DNA from: Vermamoeba vermiformis
Taxonomy: Eukaryota
DNA: 64,000 nucleotides
Reading direction: 5' to 3'
Assembly (NCBI GenBank): GCA_045837725.1
Contig: JBEWZL010000101.1
Location: 248,001-312,000, forward strand
The notes beneath the pieces are model-generated. The model ran no database searches and was not told where the DNA came from. It worked only from the letters and a program-made list of their open reading frames with translations. Made by a program: the position numbers and the translations under genes. Of this stretch, positions 40,230-52,872 are shown in pieces (position 1 is the first letter of the stretch; each line of letters opens with the position of its first letter).

Positions 40230-41019
40230 CTGGGTTTTAGCGAAAACAAACTCAATTACAATGCTTTTTCTCCGTACTTGGTTACCAGAATTATTCTAAC
40301 AACGAATGATTTCTCTCTTAATTCGTTCATTATCTTTGCCTTGCGATGACTTTCCCTCTAATCTAGATTAGCTAGCCAAAAAGTAAATTGTACCTCAGAT
40401 AAAGCTCGCGACAGTACATTTACTGCAACAATTTACACCAATATGAGGTTGATCAAAAGTGAGACACACGTTAGGATATAACAACTTTATGTAGTACAAC
40501 GAACAGTACAAAACGAAGCAACTAGATTATATCACTATTATATGTAGAAGACGGATCTTCAGCGGGTAACCCCCGCGAGCTTTAGCATCCTTCGTTAAAC
40601 TGGGTCCCGAACATAGGGTCGCTGTTGTCCATGATGGAGGTTCTGAAGCCGAGATCAACCTCTCTGTAGGACATGGTACCGTTGCTGCCGCGACCTTCGG
40701 GAATGTACTGGTAGATATGGCCGTCTGAACCTTGAACAATTTGTGATTCCATCGATCGATGTGCTTGTTACGATTAAATTTGTGTTTTATGAAGTAAAAA
40801 CAACCTTTTTTCACTTTTGTTGTTGTACCCACAAATATGAAATTTCGCAAGATGATTGGCTATCCTGCGATGAAACGTTTTTGCAATGATTGGTGGAATT
40901 CCGTTCTTCGAATTGGTAGCACGTGCGACACGTGTAGCTTTATTCCGCCTTTCAAACATCCACAAATCAAACGTTTTATACCAAATTAGGTGCACTACTA
41001 GCCCATGCAGCTGTGTTTT

Positions 41020-41262
41020 GGTCGAATGCGGTTGAATCTCGGGTGTCATTCTTATGGAACTCCCTTGTTATTCCTATTGCCGCTGGAGTGTTCTATCCGC
41101 TTGGTGTTACGCTTCCGCCTACTTTCGCTAGATTACGCGAAAACTTCCCTGTGATCTTGTTGTCGGTGCTTTTAATGACGTATTGCGGTCCGAAGTCCAT
41201 CAACATCTTAGACGGCGTGCATTGATTGTCTTAGTACTCCTCATGGCACCGATACGTGCTAT
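41020..41262 (+). pseudogene. Degenerate direct copy of the ATPase last exon and start of its 3' UTR
   Basis: Near-identical to about 39805-40058 ([16 protein letters not shown]...ILDGVH), with indels. Confidence 0.85.
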
Positions 41263-41474
41263 TAACTCAGAACAGAACAAGAAGTTTTTTTACAATCCAA
41301 CCGGCGACTCAGAGCTATTCAGGAATAGCTAGATGGGCAATTTTATCCATTTAAGATCAAGTGGTGGTTCTGGTGACAGTCTCGATTTCTGTAGCAGAAT
41401 TTCGAACCCCACAAAAAATTAAAAATGTTAATGTGGTTATCATTTACTGAGGACCTAGCGACGGCTATTATAGG

Positions 41475-42095
41475 CTATTGATCTACGTTGGATGAAGAGA
41501 TTGATGGGTATAAACCAATGGCTGCGTCGCGGGCTCTGACTGCCGCCCAAGGGTCGAGCGCATCATCATCCTCTCTGTCGCCATCGTAACTACCTTCTTC
41601 AACTTCGTTGTAGTTCTTAGGAACCAAGTGACTATCAATATAGTAGTCCATAGCACGCATGCTGGTTCTTCTGTGAGCAGGTAGCTTGATGAAGCAAAAC
41701 AAATCTAGAAATTCGAGGTAGCTAACGAGCAAGTTCCCAATAGGCCTTTCATGAAACGGAAGGTCGAATTCATCCAAGGCACTAAGTGCTTTGTTAAGGC
41801 AGTTGATTGGAGGAGGCTGAATTCCGTTTTCTTTGGCCCAAGCAAGAAGATCTTCGGCGGATTTGTATTGCTCGTCGGGTAATTGTCGATAATTGTGAAC
41901 TATTTCCAGCAATGTAAACCCATCTACTGCGCCAACAAAAACGTCATCTAGCATTGTCTCGTTCGTAAGTGCGCATTTAAACAGCCGTATGTAACATTCT
42001 GCGTAGGAGCCGTCTGGCCGGTCCCAATCGCTCATTGCTTCCAATTCTGCGTCAGTGAGGTCATAAATTGGTGGAATATTTAGGTTAAGCAACAT
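41475..42095 (-). CDS. Intronless orphan protein, paralog of 45009-45542
   Basis: Long ORF from ATG 42095. It shares YxRxFKxALT, YRQLP, KSAEDLLAWAKEN, PPP and CFIKLPxHRRxSxxAMDYxID with the second copy. Confidence 0.7.
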   Translation of the reverse strand: MLLNLNIPPIYDLTDAELEAMSDWDRPDGSYAECYIRLFKCALTNETMLDDVFVGAVDGFTLLEIVHNYRQLPDEQYKSAEDLLAWAKENGIQPPPINCLNKALSALDEFDLPFHERPIGNLLVSYLEFLDLFCFIKLPAHRRTSMRAMDYYIDSHLVPKNYNEVEEGSYDGDREDDDALDPWAAVRARDAAIGLYPSISSSNVDQ

Positions 42096-42337
42096 GTTGT
42101 TTCTTGTTCTGAGAGCATGAAAGAATGAAAACAAATTTGCAGTCAGAGCCTTCCCTACAAAAGGCGGCTCGGTTCAGTTCCTCATCTCAACCATTCCCTC
42201 TATGATCGGTTGTCAGTAATGGCGCCTACTATTCTATTAAGTGTCGTCTTCTCTAGTATATAGATTTGTTATATGAGTCCGGATCGAGACTTTTTTTTGC
42301 AGTAATTTCAACGTTTATTAAAGAATATTTTGTTGAA

Positions 42338-44729
42338 TCAATCAAATATCTTATCAGGGTTCATAATGTTCTTGGGGTCTAATGTCTTCTTCAAGGCACG
42401 CATCACATTTACTGTCTCAGGGCCCAACTCAATCGGCAAGTATTTCTAAAAAAGGAAATATCATTAGAATCACGTGTCAGACTTTCAGACCGCTCTCGAC
42501 GTACCTTTTTGCCCACACCAACGCCGTGCTCGCCAGTGCAAGTGCCGTCCATGCTAATGGCGCGCAACACGAGCTTATCGTTGAGGTGCTTGGCCGCTTC
42601 AATCTCTTTGGGATTCTTCGGGTCAATCAGCACGAACAAATGGAAATTGCCGTCACCGACGTGACCGACAATAGGAGCAACGAGATTATGCGCGATAATA
42701 TCTTTTTTCGTCTCTTCCAAGCAGTCTGCAAGTGACGAGATTGGCACGCACGCATCTGTCAAAAAAAAACATCAGGACAACTACTCATATTAGCTAATTT
42801 ATTAATATGACGTACCAGTGATCATAGTCTCGGTGGGGATATCGCGGAGATTAGGACAGGCCCACAAAGCCTCCTTTCGTGCTCTCCAAATTTCATCTCT
42901 TTCCTAAAAAGGAAATTTTCGTTAGAGATCCACCTCTCGCGCCTCGAGACACTTTTAACTTACTTCATTGTTCTTGGCATATCTGAATCCAGAGCCGCTG
43001 AATTTATCGGTAATTCCTTTGACGAAATTGATGGTGGACTCGACTTCATTTTGAGTGCCGCTGAACTCAAACAACAACGTGGGCTTCTCGGGCAATTTGA
43101 CATCGGCGCTCATATTGACGGATTTGATGCACACCTCGTCTGGCACATCGTCAGTGATACATTCATATCGATAATAAGGGTATTGTAACAGTACCTAAGA
43201 GCTCGACTTTGCCGATCCTGACACCATTGCGCATCATATGAAGGACGGTGTTGCCTGCGTCTTTCAACGTGTCAAAGTTGCAAATAGCGACTGTCTTGTA
43301 CGCGGGAATGTTTTGCAGTTTGAGTGTGGCTTCAACAACGACGCCGAGAGTACCTAATGACACGTGTCAAGAAGTGTCAAGCAAGAAGTCAACGGATCTT
43401 ACCTTCAGAGCCGATAAACAAGTGCGTCAAGTCGTAGCCAGCTGAAGATTTGCGTGCTCTGTTGCCAGTCTTGATGATGCGGCCATCGGGCAGAGCGACT
43501 TTGAGACTCAACACGTTGTCTTTCATCGTACCGTAGCGCACTGCATTGGTGCCTGAACAACTCGTGCCAATCTAACATTGCTCTAGTCAACACCTACTCT
43601 AACGCATATAATTATCTCAGCCGTACCATGCCACCAATGGATGCTCCTGGTCCCGGATCCACGGGGAAGAAAAGACCTATGAAACATCGTTAGCAATGGT
43701 ATTTATATTATTAGATTAAAAATATGACACGTACCGTGTGGTTTCAAAATGTCATTGAGTTCGTTGTACGTGAGACCCGGCTCCACCACCACATCCATGT
43801 CTTCAGCATGCAACTTGATGAGCTTTTTCATGCGACTCAAGTTGAGTGAAATGCCGCCGCGTTCAGGCAATGTGTGGCCTTCGAGCGATGTGCCACTGCC
43901 CCATGCGACAATAGGCACGTTGTATTTATTGCAGGCCTTAAGAATTTCAGACTGGCCAAGTGATTAGTACATCCAGAAAAATCAATAAATTTGACATCGC
44001 GATACGTCATAAGGCTAAACGATACATCGTATCATAATATAATACTAAAAAATGGATTATTAAGCTAATAATATGGACTTACAATTTCTGCAGCTGTCTC
44101 TACATAAGCTACGGCATCCGGCAAGCCAGAATGATGATATGAAAAGCCTTTTGTAGCTGACTCACGATCATCTAGATCGGTCTTATATCTAGAATGTTTA
44201 AATGAATAGTTGCTTTGGAAAAAAACTTGCGATCGGATCTCCCAAAAAAGATTTGTGTTTAGAATTGAATCAACACGTACCGGTCTTTAAGGAGTTTAGT
44301 TAATATATTGGTAAATTCTTGCGGTAATTTTTGCTCTTGAGATTGCGCAGCTGATTTTTTTTCTTCGGCAAAGGCATTACGGGTATTATAAGCCAAAATA
44401 CCGGCTCCAACCTAATAAAAATATTATAAATAAATTATTTAATAAGGTTACGTCTATTTTATTACAAGCTAATTTGATAAATTTTTTAAATTATGAAAAG
44501 TTTTCCAATTTATTAAATTTACCGTCAAAGATCCGACGCCAAATGCCCATTTACTGAACGGAGTTAAGCGCGATATATTCTGCGATGCAGTAGAATACAT
44601 TCTTTTGCCTCCATTGCGAATCCCGTTTTGCAATCTCATCCGCGCGCCAAGTCTCGAGGACGACGAGACATTTGAGCGAACTGAGCTCGCAACTCGACGA
44701 ACAACTTTTTCTAATAGCTTGCTGTTCAT
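42338..44729 (-). CDS. LDHD: D-lactate dehydrogenase (cytochrome), mitochondrial FAD-linked oxidase (multi-exon)
   Basis: Arg/Ser-rich presequence, [69 protein letters not shown] and [12 protein letters not shown]. Confidence 0.92.
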
Positions 44730-45008
44730 ATTAAATATTTATAATTGAAATGTGTGACTGCGCGGTGGAATATTTTGCCAGTTGGTCACGTGCCTTTCAG
44801 ATCCTGCTTGGGAAACAGAAAGCATCGACATAATACTGAAAAATTGTTCTTATGTATATGGTGGATGATATTAATTGGCCGCTTGACTGATCTGACAAAC
44901 CGAGGCAACTGAATGTGCTTCTTCAGAGCGGGGCATGCATTTTTATTTACATGAATTTATTTTTGTGTATAAAATAATTTCTGGCGTTAAGACAGTTATT
45001 ATAATAGT

Positions 45009-45542
45009 TTAATCTATTCGCCTATCAGTTGAGGGGGCTTCGTCGAACGATGCATCCGGAGGTTCGCTCTTAACTTCTGCAAAGAACTCTCTAGGTGCAT
45101 CACTTGTGTCAATAAGGTAATCCATAGCATATTTGCTCTTTCTTCTGTGCCCAGGTAGTTTAATAAAGCAGATCTCGTCGATGTCGGTCAAGTACCGGAT
45201 CAAAAAAAAGAACACTTCGTCTTCCTTCCATGGAACGTGGTGCTCCTCTGTAGCGTGCAATGTTTTCAATAGGTCTTTGACTGGAGGAGGTTTCAGTCGG
45301 TTTTCTTTGGCCCAGGCAAGAAGATCTTCGGCAGATTTGCATTTACCCTCCGGCAATTGTCGATAAATCTTGGCGAGGTCCACTAAATCTAATTTTTCTA
45401 CTGGCTGATCAAGTGCTTCATCTATAGTTGTTTTTTCGGTGAGTGCAGACTTGAATATACGGAGGTAGGTTTCGAAGTAGATGGCGTATGGATTATTATT
45501 ATCATGGATCTCTTCGGAGCTACATGAGTCAGTTGATTCCAT
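45009..45542 (-). CDS. Intronless orphan protein, paralog of 41475-42095
   Basis: 177-aa ATG-TAA ORF with the shared motifs KSAEDLLAWAKEN and CFIKLPGHRRKSKYAMDYLID. Confidence 0.72.
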   Translation of the reverse strand: MESTDSCSSEEIHDNNNPYAIYFETYLRIFKSALTEKTTIDEALDQPVEKLDLVDLAKIYRQLPEGKCKSAEDLLAWAKENRLKPPPVKDLLKTLHATEEHHVPWKEDEVFFFLIRYLTDIDEICFIKLPGHRRKSKYAMDYLIDTSDAPREFFAEVKSEPPDASFDEAPSTDRRID

Positions 45543-45645
45543 TCTTTGATTCGTTGCTGTTACTTACTGCTCAACAGCAATAATAACTAAATTTGACCGT
45601 CAAATTTCTTGGTAGTTTTTGGCAGGCAAAATAATTAAAAATAGC

Positions 45646-47156
45646 CTATTCCACTTCGTCTTCACTGCTCTTGAAATTCTCGTCAAATTTGGTCTCGTTA
45701 GTGGCACCTTGAAGGTTTTGATACTCCGTGATCAAATCTTGCACATTGCACTGCGCTTCAGTGAGCTCCATTTCGTCGAGTCCGTCATTAGTGTAATGGA
45801 ACAAAAACGCTTTTCTTCGAAAAAGTGCCGTGAAATGCTGGTCTAACCGCTGCAGCACGTGAAGGATTGCAGTGCTGTTCGCGAGATACGTGCCTGACAT
45901 GTTCACACCTGGCGCCGCAGTGTCGCATCGAGTCCACTTGAGGTTGTCAGGGATCCACGTCGCGAACTTTGACGCGTACTTGTCACGTGTCAAATTGATC
46001 AGCTCGGCAATCTCCGCGGTCTGAATGGCCCCTCTGAACGAGCACATTGCTGCCAAGTGTTTCCAAGTGGTGTTTTCAGGGGCTGTTGACATCATCATAT
46101 TCTGCGGTTCAAACAGCTGCGATGAGATGTCAGCGAGTGTGACAGGTGTCATTGAGGTGCCATCGGATTGGTCAATTAATTCCGCAGTAATGGGTGCTGT
46201 ACCAACTGTCAAAAAGTGTTGTCGTCCGTACGGCAGGAGATTTGACGAGATTTTTCTGAGATTCATGGACTCGCTGCTAGGCAGTCTCATCGGACACGTG
46301 ATGTTGCTCATGATGTGCGCGGCGATATTGTTCAAGTGGTGGTACACCGGCTTGTTGATCCGATTGTTGAAACAGGCCTTGTACGCCATGTCATCGTCCA
46401 GGTAGACTACGACATCAGCGTTCTCGATCAGTTGCATCATGGACAGCATCACATTGTACGGTCGCACTACGCAGCTGTCACCAACAGTAGTCTCCGTGAC
46501 CGACCAAGTCCACATAATTTTGTCGGCAAACTCTTCACGTAGTCTCGATAAAAGCAGCGTGCCCATGCCAGAGCCGGTACCGCCACCAAGACTGTGCACG
46601 AATTGAAATCCTTGCAAAGATTCTGCGCGTTCAGCTTCCATGCGAACCACATCCAACAGTTGATTTATTATTTCTGGACCTTCAGTGTAGTGACCTTTAG
46701 GCCAACTATTTCCAGCGCCATATCCGTTAGGTGATGCCACTAAATTATCTCCACGATAAAATTTGGCGAGAGGACCCCCGCTAAGGTGGTTGATTGGGCT
46801 TGGATCTGAAAAAAATAGTTAGACGTTAAATTATTCATAATTTTTATTCAATAAAAATTCCAAGCAGCAATGAATTATAGTAAATATTTAATTTAATCAT
46901 GGGTACGCAAGAAACGCTTCTAATTAAATTAATTATTCTAATTTTTCTCACCTAAATCTGTGAAAATAGAACGCGGAACGTATTTATTATCTTCTTCTTC
47001 GTTGAAAAATACTTCCATATTTTCATTGGGTATATTTTTGCCAGGCAAATAATGTCCAGTCGAATCTAAAGCATGTTCTTGGCGCAAAAGTGACCAGAAT
47101 CTGTCACCAAGCATTACGCCACATTGACCGACTTGAATTTGAATTATTTCTCGCAT
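45646..47156 (-). CDS. Highly divergent beta-tubulin (2 exons)
   Basis: MREI, GQCG, YVPRS, GAGNSWPKGHYTEG, HSLGGGTGSGMGTLL, WIPDN, QHFTALFRRKAFL, EMELTEA and an acidic tail. Confidence 0.88.
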
Positions 47157-47360
47157 TGTTAGCTCTTGTATTGTATTTCAACAATAAACAAGCATAATCT
47201 GCTCACCCACAAAAGGTAGTAACGATTTTTGACATTCGAACTTATTTCTGGCTTTGCTAAAGCGTTGGAATTTTCTCTAACGCAATTTATTTCGAGTTTA
47301 CGTTGATATTTTCATAGCAGAAAGACAGGTGGATTTGAGATAACCAAAATTTATTTGGAT

Positions 47361-48639
47361 CTAAACGCGCTTTCGAAGCAGTAAGAACATAAACGCCTTT
47401 GAGATTAAAAAGACGGCAAAAAATACAAAATATAACACCCATATAGTATTGCATACTGTTATTCTCTTCTTCATATTGCTTAGCTTCGATCCTGCAGCTC
47501 GATCTCGATCCTCTAATATCAATCTTGTGTTCTTATCGGTAGTCATGTCTATATACAAACCATAATGATCGCTAGGATATAGGTAGTCCCATTTATGCGG
47601 ATAAACCAATTCGTTAGCGAATATTTTCATCGGAGCAACCGGATACCAAACGTCTTTAGATCTGGAGCTCATTGTAATTCGATCTAATCGCATCTGGCCA
47701 TCGCGCTTTAATATAACTTCGAAATATAGTCTATTCAAGAACAAATACTTCGCGTTAATCAATGCGTTGTTGACTGAATCCAACGTGTATCCGGGATCCG
47801 ATCCACAAGTCTCAGTCCAGAGGTCTATTAAATTGTTGCTAGGTATTATTGGACTCTCCTCTTCCGAGTGTAAATTAAAATCGCCAAATAAGAAGGTATC
47901 GTCGCATAATAGCTCCAAATCTATTGTTTCTCGGATTCGCTTCAATTGACTTTTGCGTTGCTTCTTCAAATCGTGTCTAGCTATTAAATGTAACGCACAA
48001 AATGCTATTTTTCGTTGAGTTATTGCATCAGTAAATACAGCTACGACAGGCGCTAAGAAAAAAATCAATGTTAAAAATGTCAGTCGATCAGATCTTGCTT
48101 TGTTAATTATTTTTTACCTCGTCTTAAGCCAGTAACTCTTTTACCACCAAAATCCATGACATATAACTCGTTCATAGGGTATTTGCACAACAAGACATTG
48201 CCCATCCAATGATCGGTATCGTTCAACGTCAAATTGACCGTTTTTTTCTTGCTGGCCAAATTATCACTAATAAAATAATCTCTTTGTATTATTGGATCGT
48301 CTGTTGATCATAAAATTAGGTTAATATCTGCTTTGATAATTAGGAAAAATAAACAAAATATTGAAAAATAATTACATTACCTAGTAAGAATTTAAGACAT
48401 GAATGAGTGACTTCATTAAGACCTATAATATCAGCTGATACTTCATCGATTATATCTACAATCTTCTTAAACCGTTCTTGGCTTCTTGAAAGTGCATCCG
48501 ACAAAAAATTCTCACAGTCCATCAATACGTTGAATGTGGCTATACGTAGTGATGACGTATTTAATATTGATTTATTCCCTGCATAGGGACGCCATTCTCT
48601 ATGATTGGGGTCGTATTGAAAGCACGGGATCTTGCGCAT
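47361..48639 (-). CDS. Endonuclease/exonuclease/phosphatase (EEP, TDP2-like) protein with a C-terminal transmembrane helix (3 exons)
   Basis: ATFNV, DIIGLNEV, LHL, GDFN, RLDRI and PSDHYGL. Terminal hydrophobic segment IWVLYFVFFAVFLISKAFMFLLL then RKRV. Confidence 0.82.
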
Positions 48640-48838
48640 CTTGTGTTATGTTGCTTCTATTGCTTAAAACACTATTAAACCTGGACTATTTATCTTTGGT
48701 ATCTTCCGTATTATTTTTTTATTTGAATATGCTGTGGTCCCGAATTGACGTGGCGAGAAAAAAACGTCATTATTTTTTTGCGGTCCCGTCAAAGAAATTT
48801 CGCATTTATTTGTTTTGGAGCGAGCAGATCTACTATAG

Positions 48839-51705
48839 ATGAAGCGAGTAGTGCCTGAACCTATCGAAGCTACAGATTTACTCGTCAAGAAGTATTTCCC
48901 TGATCTTCATTTGACGCCACCTTTGGACGCTTGGAATCCAACGCCACGGACTTCAGCGCCAGTCTACTTTGCGATTTCGTTTAAGCACGGTAATAATTAT
49001 TATTTATTAAATTGGATTGATCTGTTAAATTTAATTGCTATTACTATTCGTGCAATAAATTTGCTAATTTTTGTAGATTTTTATTGAGCAACAGCAATTT
49101 AAGAACTAGACGACTAATAGTGAAAATTTAGACTATGAAGAAAAGTCTTATATTAGAGAAGTCGATAAAGCAGTGTTAGGCATCAGATCTTGGGGTGGTG
49201 AATTTGGCGAGGTAACTTCAGAAAGCTCCGCTTTTGGACCACGCTATCAACATTACCACGATGAATGTGGACATAAATACTGCGAGCAGCATGGCCGATA
49301 TATATTGCCGAAGAAAGGCTTTGGCCCGAAAAAAATGGCGGTGATTGATTGGAGAGGATCCAGCGCGTAAGAAAATAATTTATTTTTTGAAAATTTAACT
49401 GCTTTTGTTAGCTCCTAATATCATAGTAGCCGGTCCTATAAGCAAATTATTATTGGCTAAAAAAATTAAGAAAATTGGCTCGAGCAGATCTGTTCTGTGG
49501 TTACCCTTCATTATTCGCTTATGATATTAATTATTATTAATAAGCAATATATTCTAAATCATATTATATTTAGTGAGGTAGTCAAGAGATACAACGAATG
49601 GTTTGAAAACAATTTGGATCTGCCATTGACGCTTAATTCTCCAAAAACACCTCGTTATGCCACACTAGTCATCAGTCGCTTATATTTCGTGCGCGGAATA
49701 AAACAGCAATTTATTTTTCCGCGAGGATGCATGTGCTATGAAGATCAAGAATTGTACGGGAACGCGAAGCACCAAATTAACGCCGGATTTTATAATAATC
49801 CATTGCAGGTATGATATTAATTCCCTTACTATATTTAGTCTATATTATCGCTGAACAATTATTCAATCAAATTGCTTCTTCGATGGATCAAGATCCGATC
49901 AGTTTTTTTTTTAAATATTTTTATCATTTTAACTGCATTTTAAAGCGTCACTAATTACATATACTTTATTAATTATAGGAAGATGGTTACGCGGTGTATT
50001 ATAACAAAGGCTTTGCGATTGTTCTGCCGAGCAACAAATTTTTGAACAGCGAATTGTTGTGGGCACGTGTGTGGAAAGAAGAGCAAATTGAAACTAGCAA
50101 AAATATGAATATGACGAGTGGGTGGAGCGATATTAGATATGACACTAAGGTAAGCTTTACAAGATCGCTTTCACTGGATCCAGATCCAAATCCGTCAAAA
50201 TTTTATCTCCTTGGAAGCGATTAATATGCCTCATAATCATATACTTAATATGCATTAATATAATTAATCAATTTTTAATATGAGTTCTGTTAAATACAGA
50301 TGACTGAAGAAAATATCGTCCGGTATCAATTTTTGCAGGTCTTGGCCACGCTATCAGAACTCAATAATAAGGTACTTAAATATACTCCATAAATATATTA
50401 TTAACTATATTATATGTAATAACACTATAATATTGTCATTATGTAGGTCCCCGGAGTTTCAAAAGAATTATCCAAGTCAGATCTGTTCACGAGATTTCAT
50501 CGCTACAACGCAGTTAATAACATCAAAGACATGTTCCCCCGTGCAGCGCGGAGACTAAGAGCGACTAAATATGTGTGGCACATGATCGGAAATGTCTTGA
50601 AAATGAAGTTGAGTGGCAAGTGGGAGAAAAAATCGTTGTGGATCGGGAGTTTGCCTCAAAATTTCAACGAAAATACCATTAATGAGTACGTTAATATTTA
50701 TGAACATTACTAATATGAAAACTATTCATTATCCAAATCTAGATCCGGATACAAAATAAGATCCGATAAAAAAATCCTTTTCTTGCTAAAAAACGTTCAA
50801 ATTCCAAAAATATTATTATAATATATATTACAATTATTAGATATATTATTATAATCTATCAATAATTGTTGTTCACAGTTACATCTCACCGTACATAATG
50901 CGAAAGTTGCGAAATTTCCAGTTCTTGGCCGAGTCTCGCACGTGCTTTCTGAATTTCAATAGCTCTGAAGACTGCAAAGCTGCAATGAACGAATTAAATC
51001 ACCGTCCTCACGGCATGAAAGTTGAATTTGCGAAGAAAAAACAAAATAATCCAAAAAATTCCAAAAAAGGAAATAATCAGCATCAAATCGGCAAGTGCTT
51101 CCGATGCAATGTTAAAGGGCACAAAGAAGACGAGTGTTATTATACGAGATCGATATTGCCGATCGAGATCTGGTTCCAAATTTTGGAGTACATGAATTTA
51201 TCCCGATTAGGAAAGATGTCAAAAATCTGCAAATATTGGAACAACGTCGTGTTTAGATATTGGAAGACCATCGTACCACTAGCGCACATCGTAAGTTTTA
51301 TCAAATTTATTTCTCAGAATTTTTTTTATCGATGTTTGGGACCTACTTTGCACCGTTCTAACTTTTCCTAATATAGCATTCTTCTTACGCTATTACACCC
51401 TTACACGCTGCCACGTGGCTTGAAAACATCAAGCTAATTAAATTCTTAATCAATACTGGTCCAAGTGAGTGGCTGAACGCGCAAGATCAACTCGGACACA
51501 CCCCATTGCATTACGGTACGCGAACATTTCTCGGCCTATAATTCATACATTATTGACCGCCAATGAAATAGCTTATGCATTGCAAAACAATACTATCGCT
51601 AAGGAGTTGAAGTCACGTGGGTCCAAAGAGTACATTGTGGACAAAGAGGGCCACAGACCTGAAGCACTGAACGTCAAAGAAAAAGCATGCATCAGAGACC
51701 GATGA
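48839..51705 (+). CDS. Multidomain protein: unknown N-terminal domain + RRM + CCHC zinc knuckle + F-box + ankyrin repeats (multi-exon)
   Basis: RRM KSLWIGSLP...TCFLNF...MKVEFAK, knuckle CFRCNVKGHKEDEC, F-box LPIEIWFQILEYMNLSRLGKMSKICKYW, and ankyrin TPLHAA...NAQDQLGHTPLHYA. Continuity with the 5' exons is from manual splicing. Confidence 0.7.
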
Positions 51706-51782
51706 CCTCGTTACTGCAAGAGATAAAAAAACACAAAGCTTAATTTTCTCCTAATAAATCTCTCCTCCGTCACACAGTTAAA

Positions 51783-52745
51783 GATAGCTGTCAATAGGTC
51801 CTATAATTTGTAAGAGCCCTCGACGTAGCCATTGGTCTATACCCACCGACCTCCTCATCTAACGAGCTTATACTAGCCTGCAATAGCTGTCGATAGGTCC
51901 TATAATTTGTAAATTAAAAAATGTTTGTTGTTCAAAAAAGATAAAAAATAGCACGTATTGGTGCCATGAGGAGTACTTTGACAATCAATGCACGCCGTCT
52001 AAGATTATGATAGACTTCGGAACGCGGTAAGTCTTTAACAGCACCGACAACAAGATCACTGGGAAATGGAAGGGATCTCGCTTAATCCAGCGAAAGTAGC
52101 CGGAAACGTAACACCAAGCGGATAAAACATTCCAGCAGCAATAGGAATAATAAGGGAGCTCCATAAGAATGACACCCGACATTCAACCGTATTCGACGAT
52201 TGACCTAAAGACAGCTGCGTGGGCTAGTGGTGTACCTAATTTTGGTAGAAAACTTTTGATTTGTGGATGTTTGAAAGGGCGGAATAAAGCTACACGTGTC
52301 GCACGTGCTACCAATTCGAAGAACGGAATTCCACCAATCATTGCAAAAACGTTTCATTGCAGGATAGCCAATCATCTTGCGAAATTTCAATTTTGTGGGT
52401 ACAACAACAAAAGCAGAAAAAAGGTTTTGTTTTGTTCATAAAACAGAAATTTAATCCTAACAAGCACATCGATGGAATCACAAGTTGTTCAAGGTTCAGA
52501 CGGCCATATCTACCAGTACATTGCCGAAGGTCGCGGCAGCAACGGTACCATGTCCTACAGAGAGGTTGAAGATCTGTCTACTTATAATAGTGATATAATC
52601 TAGCTGCTTCGCTTGTACTGTTCGTTGTACTACATAAAGCTTATATCCTAAACTGTGTCTCACTTTTGATCAACCTCAAATAGTAAATAGTTGCCGTAAA
52701 CGTACTGTCGCGAGCTTTATCCGAGGTACGGGCTAGTTGGTTAGT
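51783..52745 (-). repeat. Inverted mosaic duplicate of 40360-41010 joined to the ATPase last exon/3' UTR and an orphan-gene 3' fragment
   Basis: Reverse complement of 52200-52730 matches about 40390-41010 (with a roughly 95-bp deletion). Reverse complement of 51815-52205 matches about 39800-40195. Confidence 0.88.
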
Positions 52746-52872
52746 CGGCCGGTATCAGAGTAGAAAATCCGTAAAAAGTTCTGTATTACATGTTTTATTA
52801 ACGAATATTAGGAAAAATAATTAAACCGTAAATAGATCCCCCATCTTCGGTTGTAACAAGGTCCCATCGGAT

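Noticed and set aside
40560-41010. Degraded coding-like segment with a faint JmjC-like PIILRN...W pattern on the minus strand
   Set aside because: Stops occur in both copies and several frames look equally plausible, so no product can be assigned without a search.
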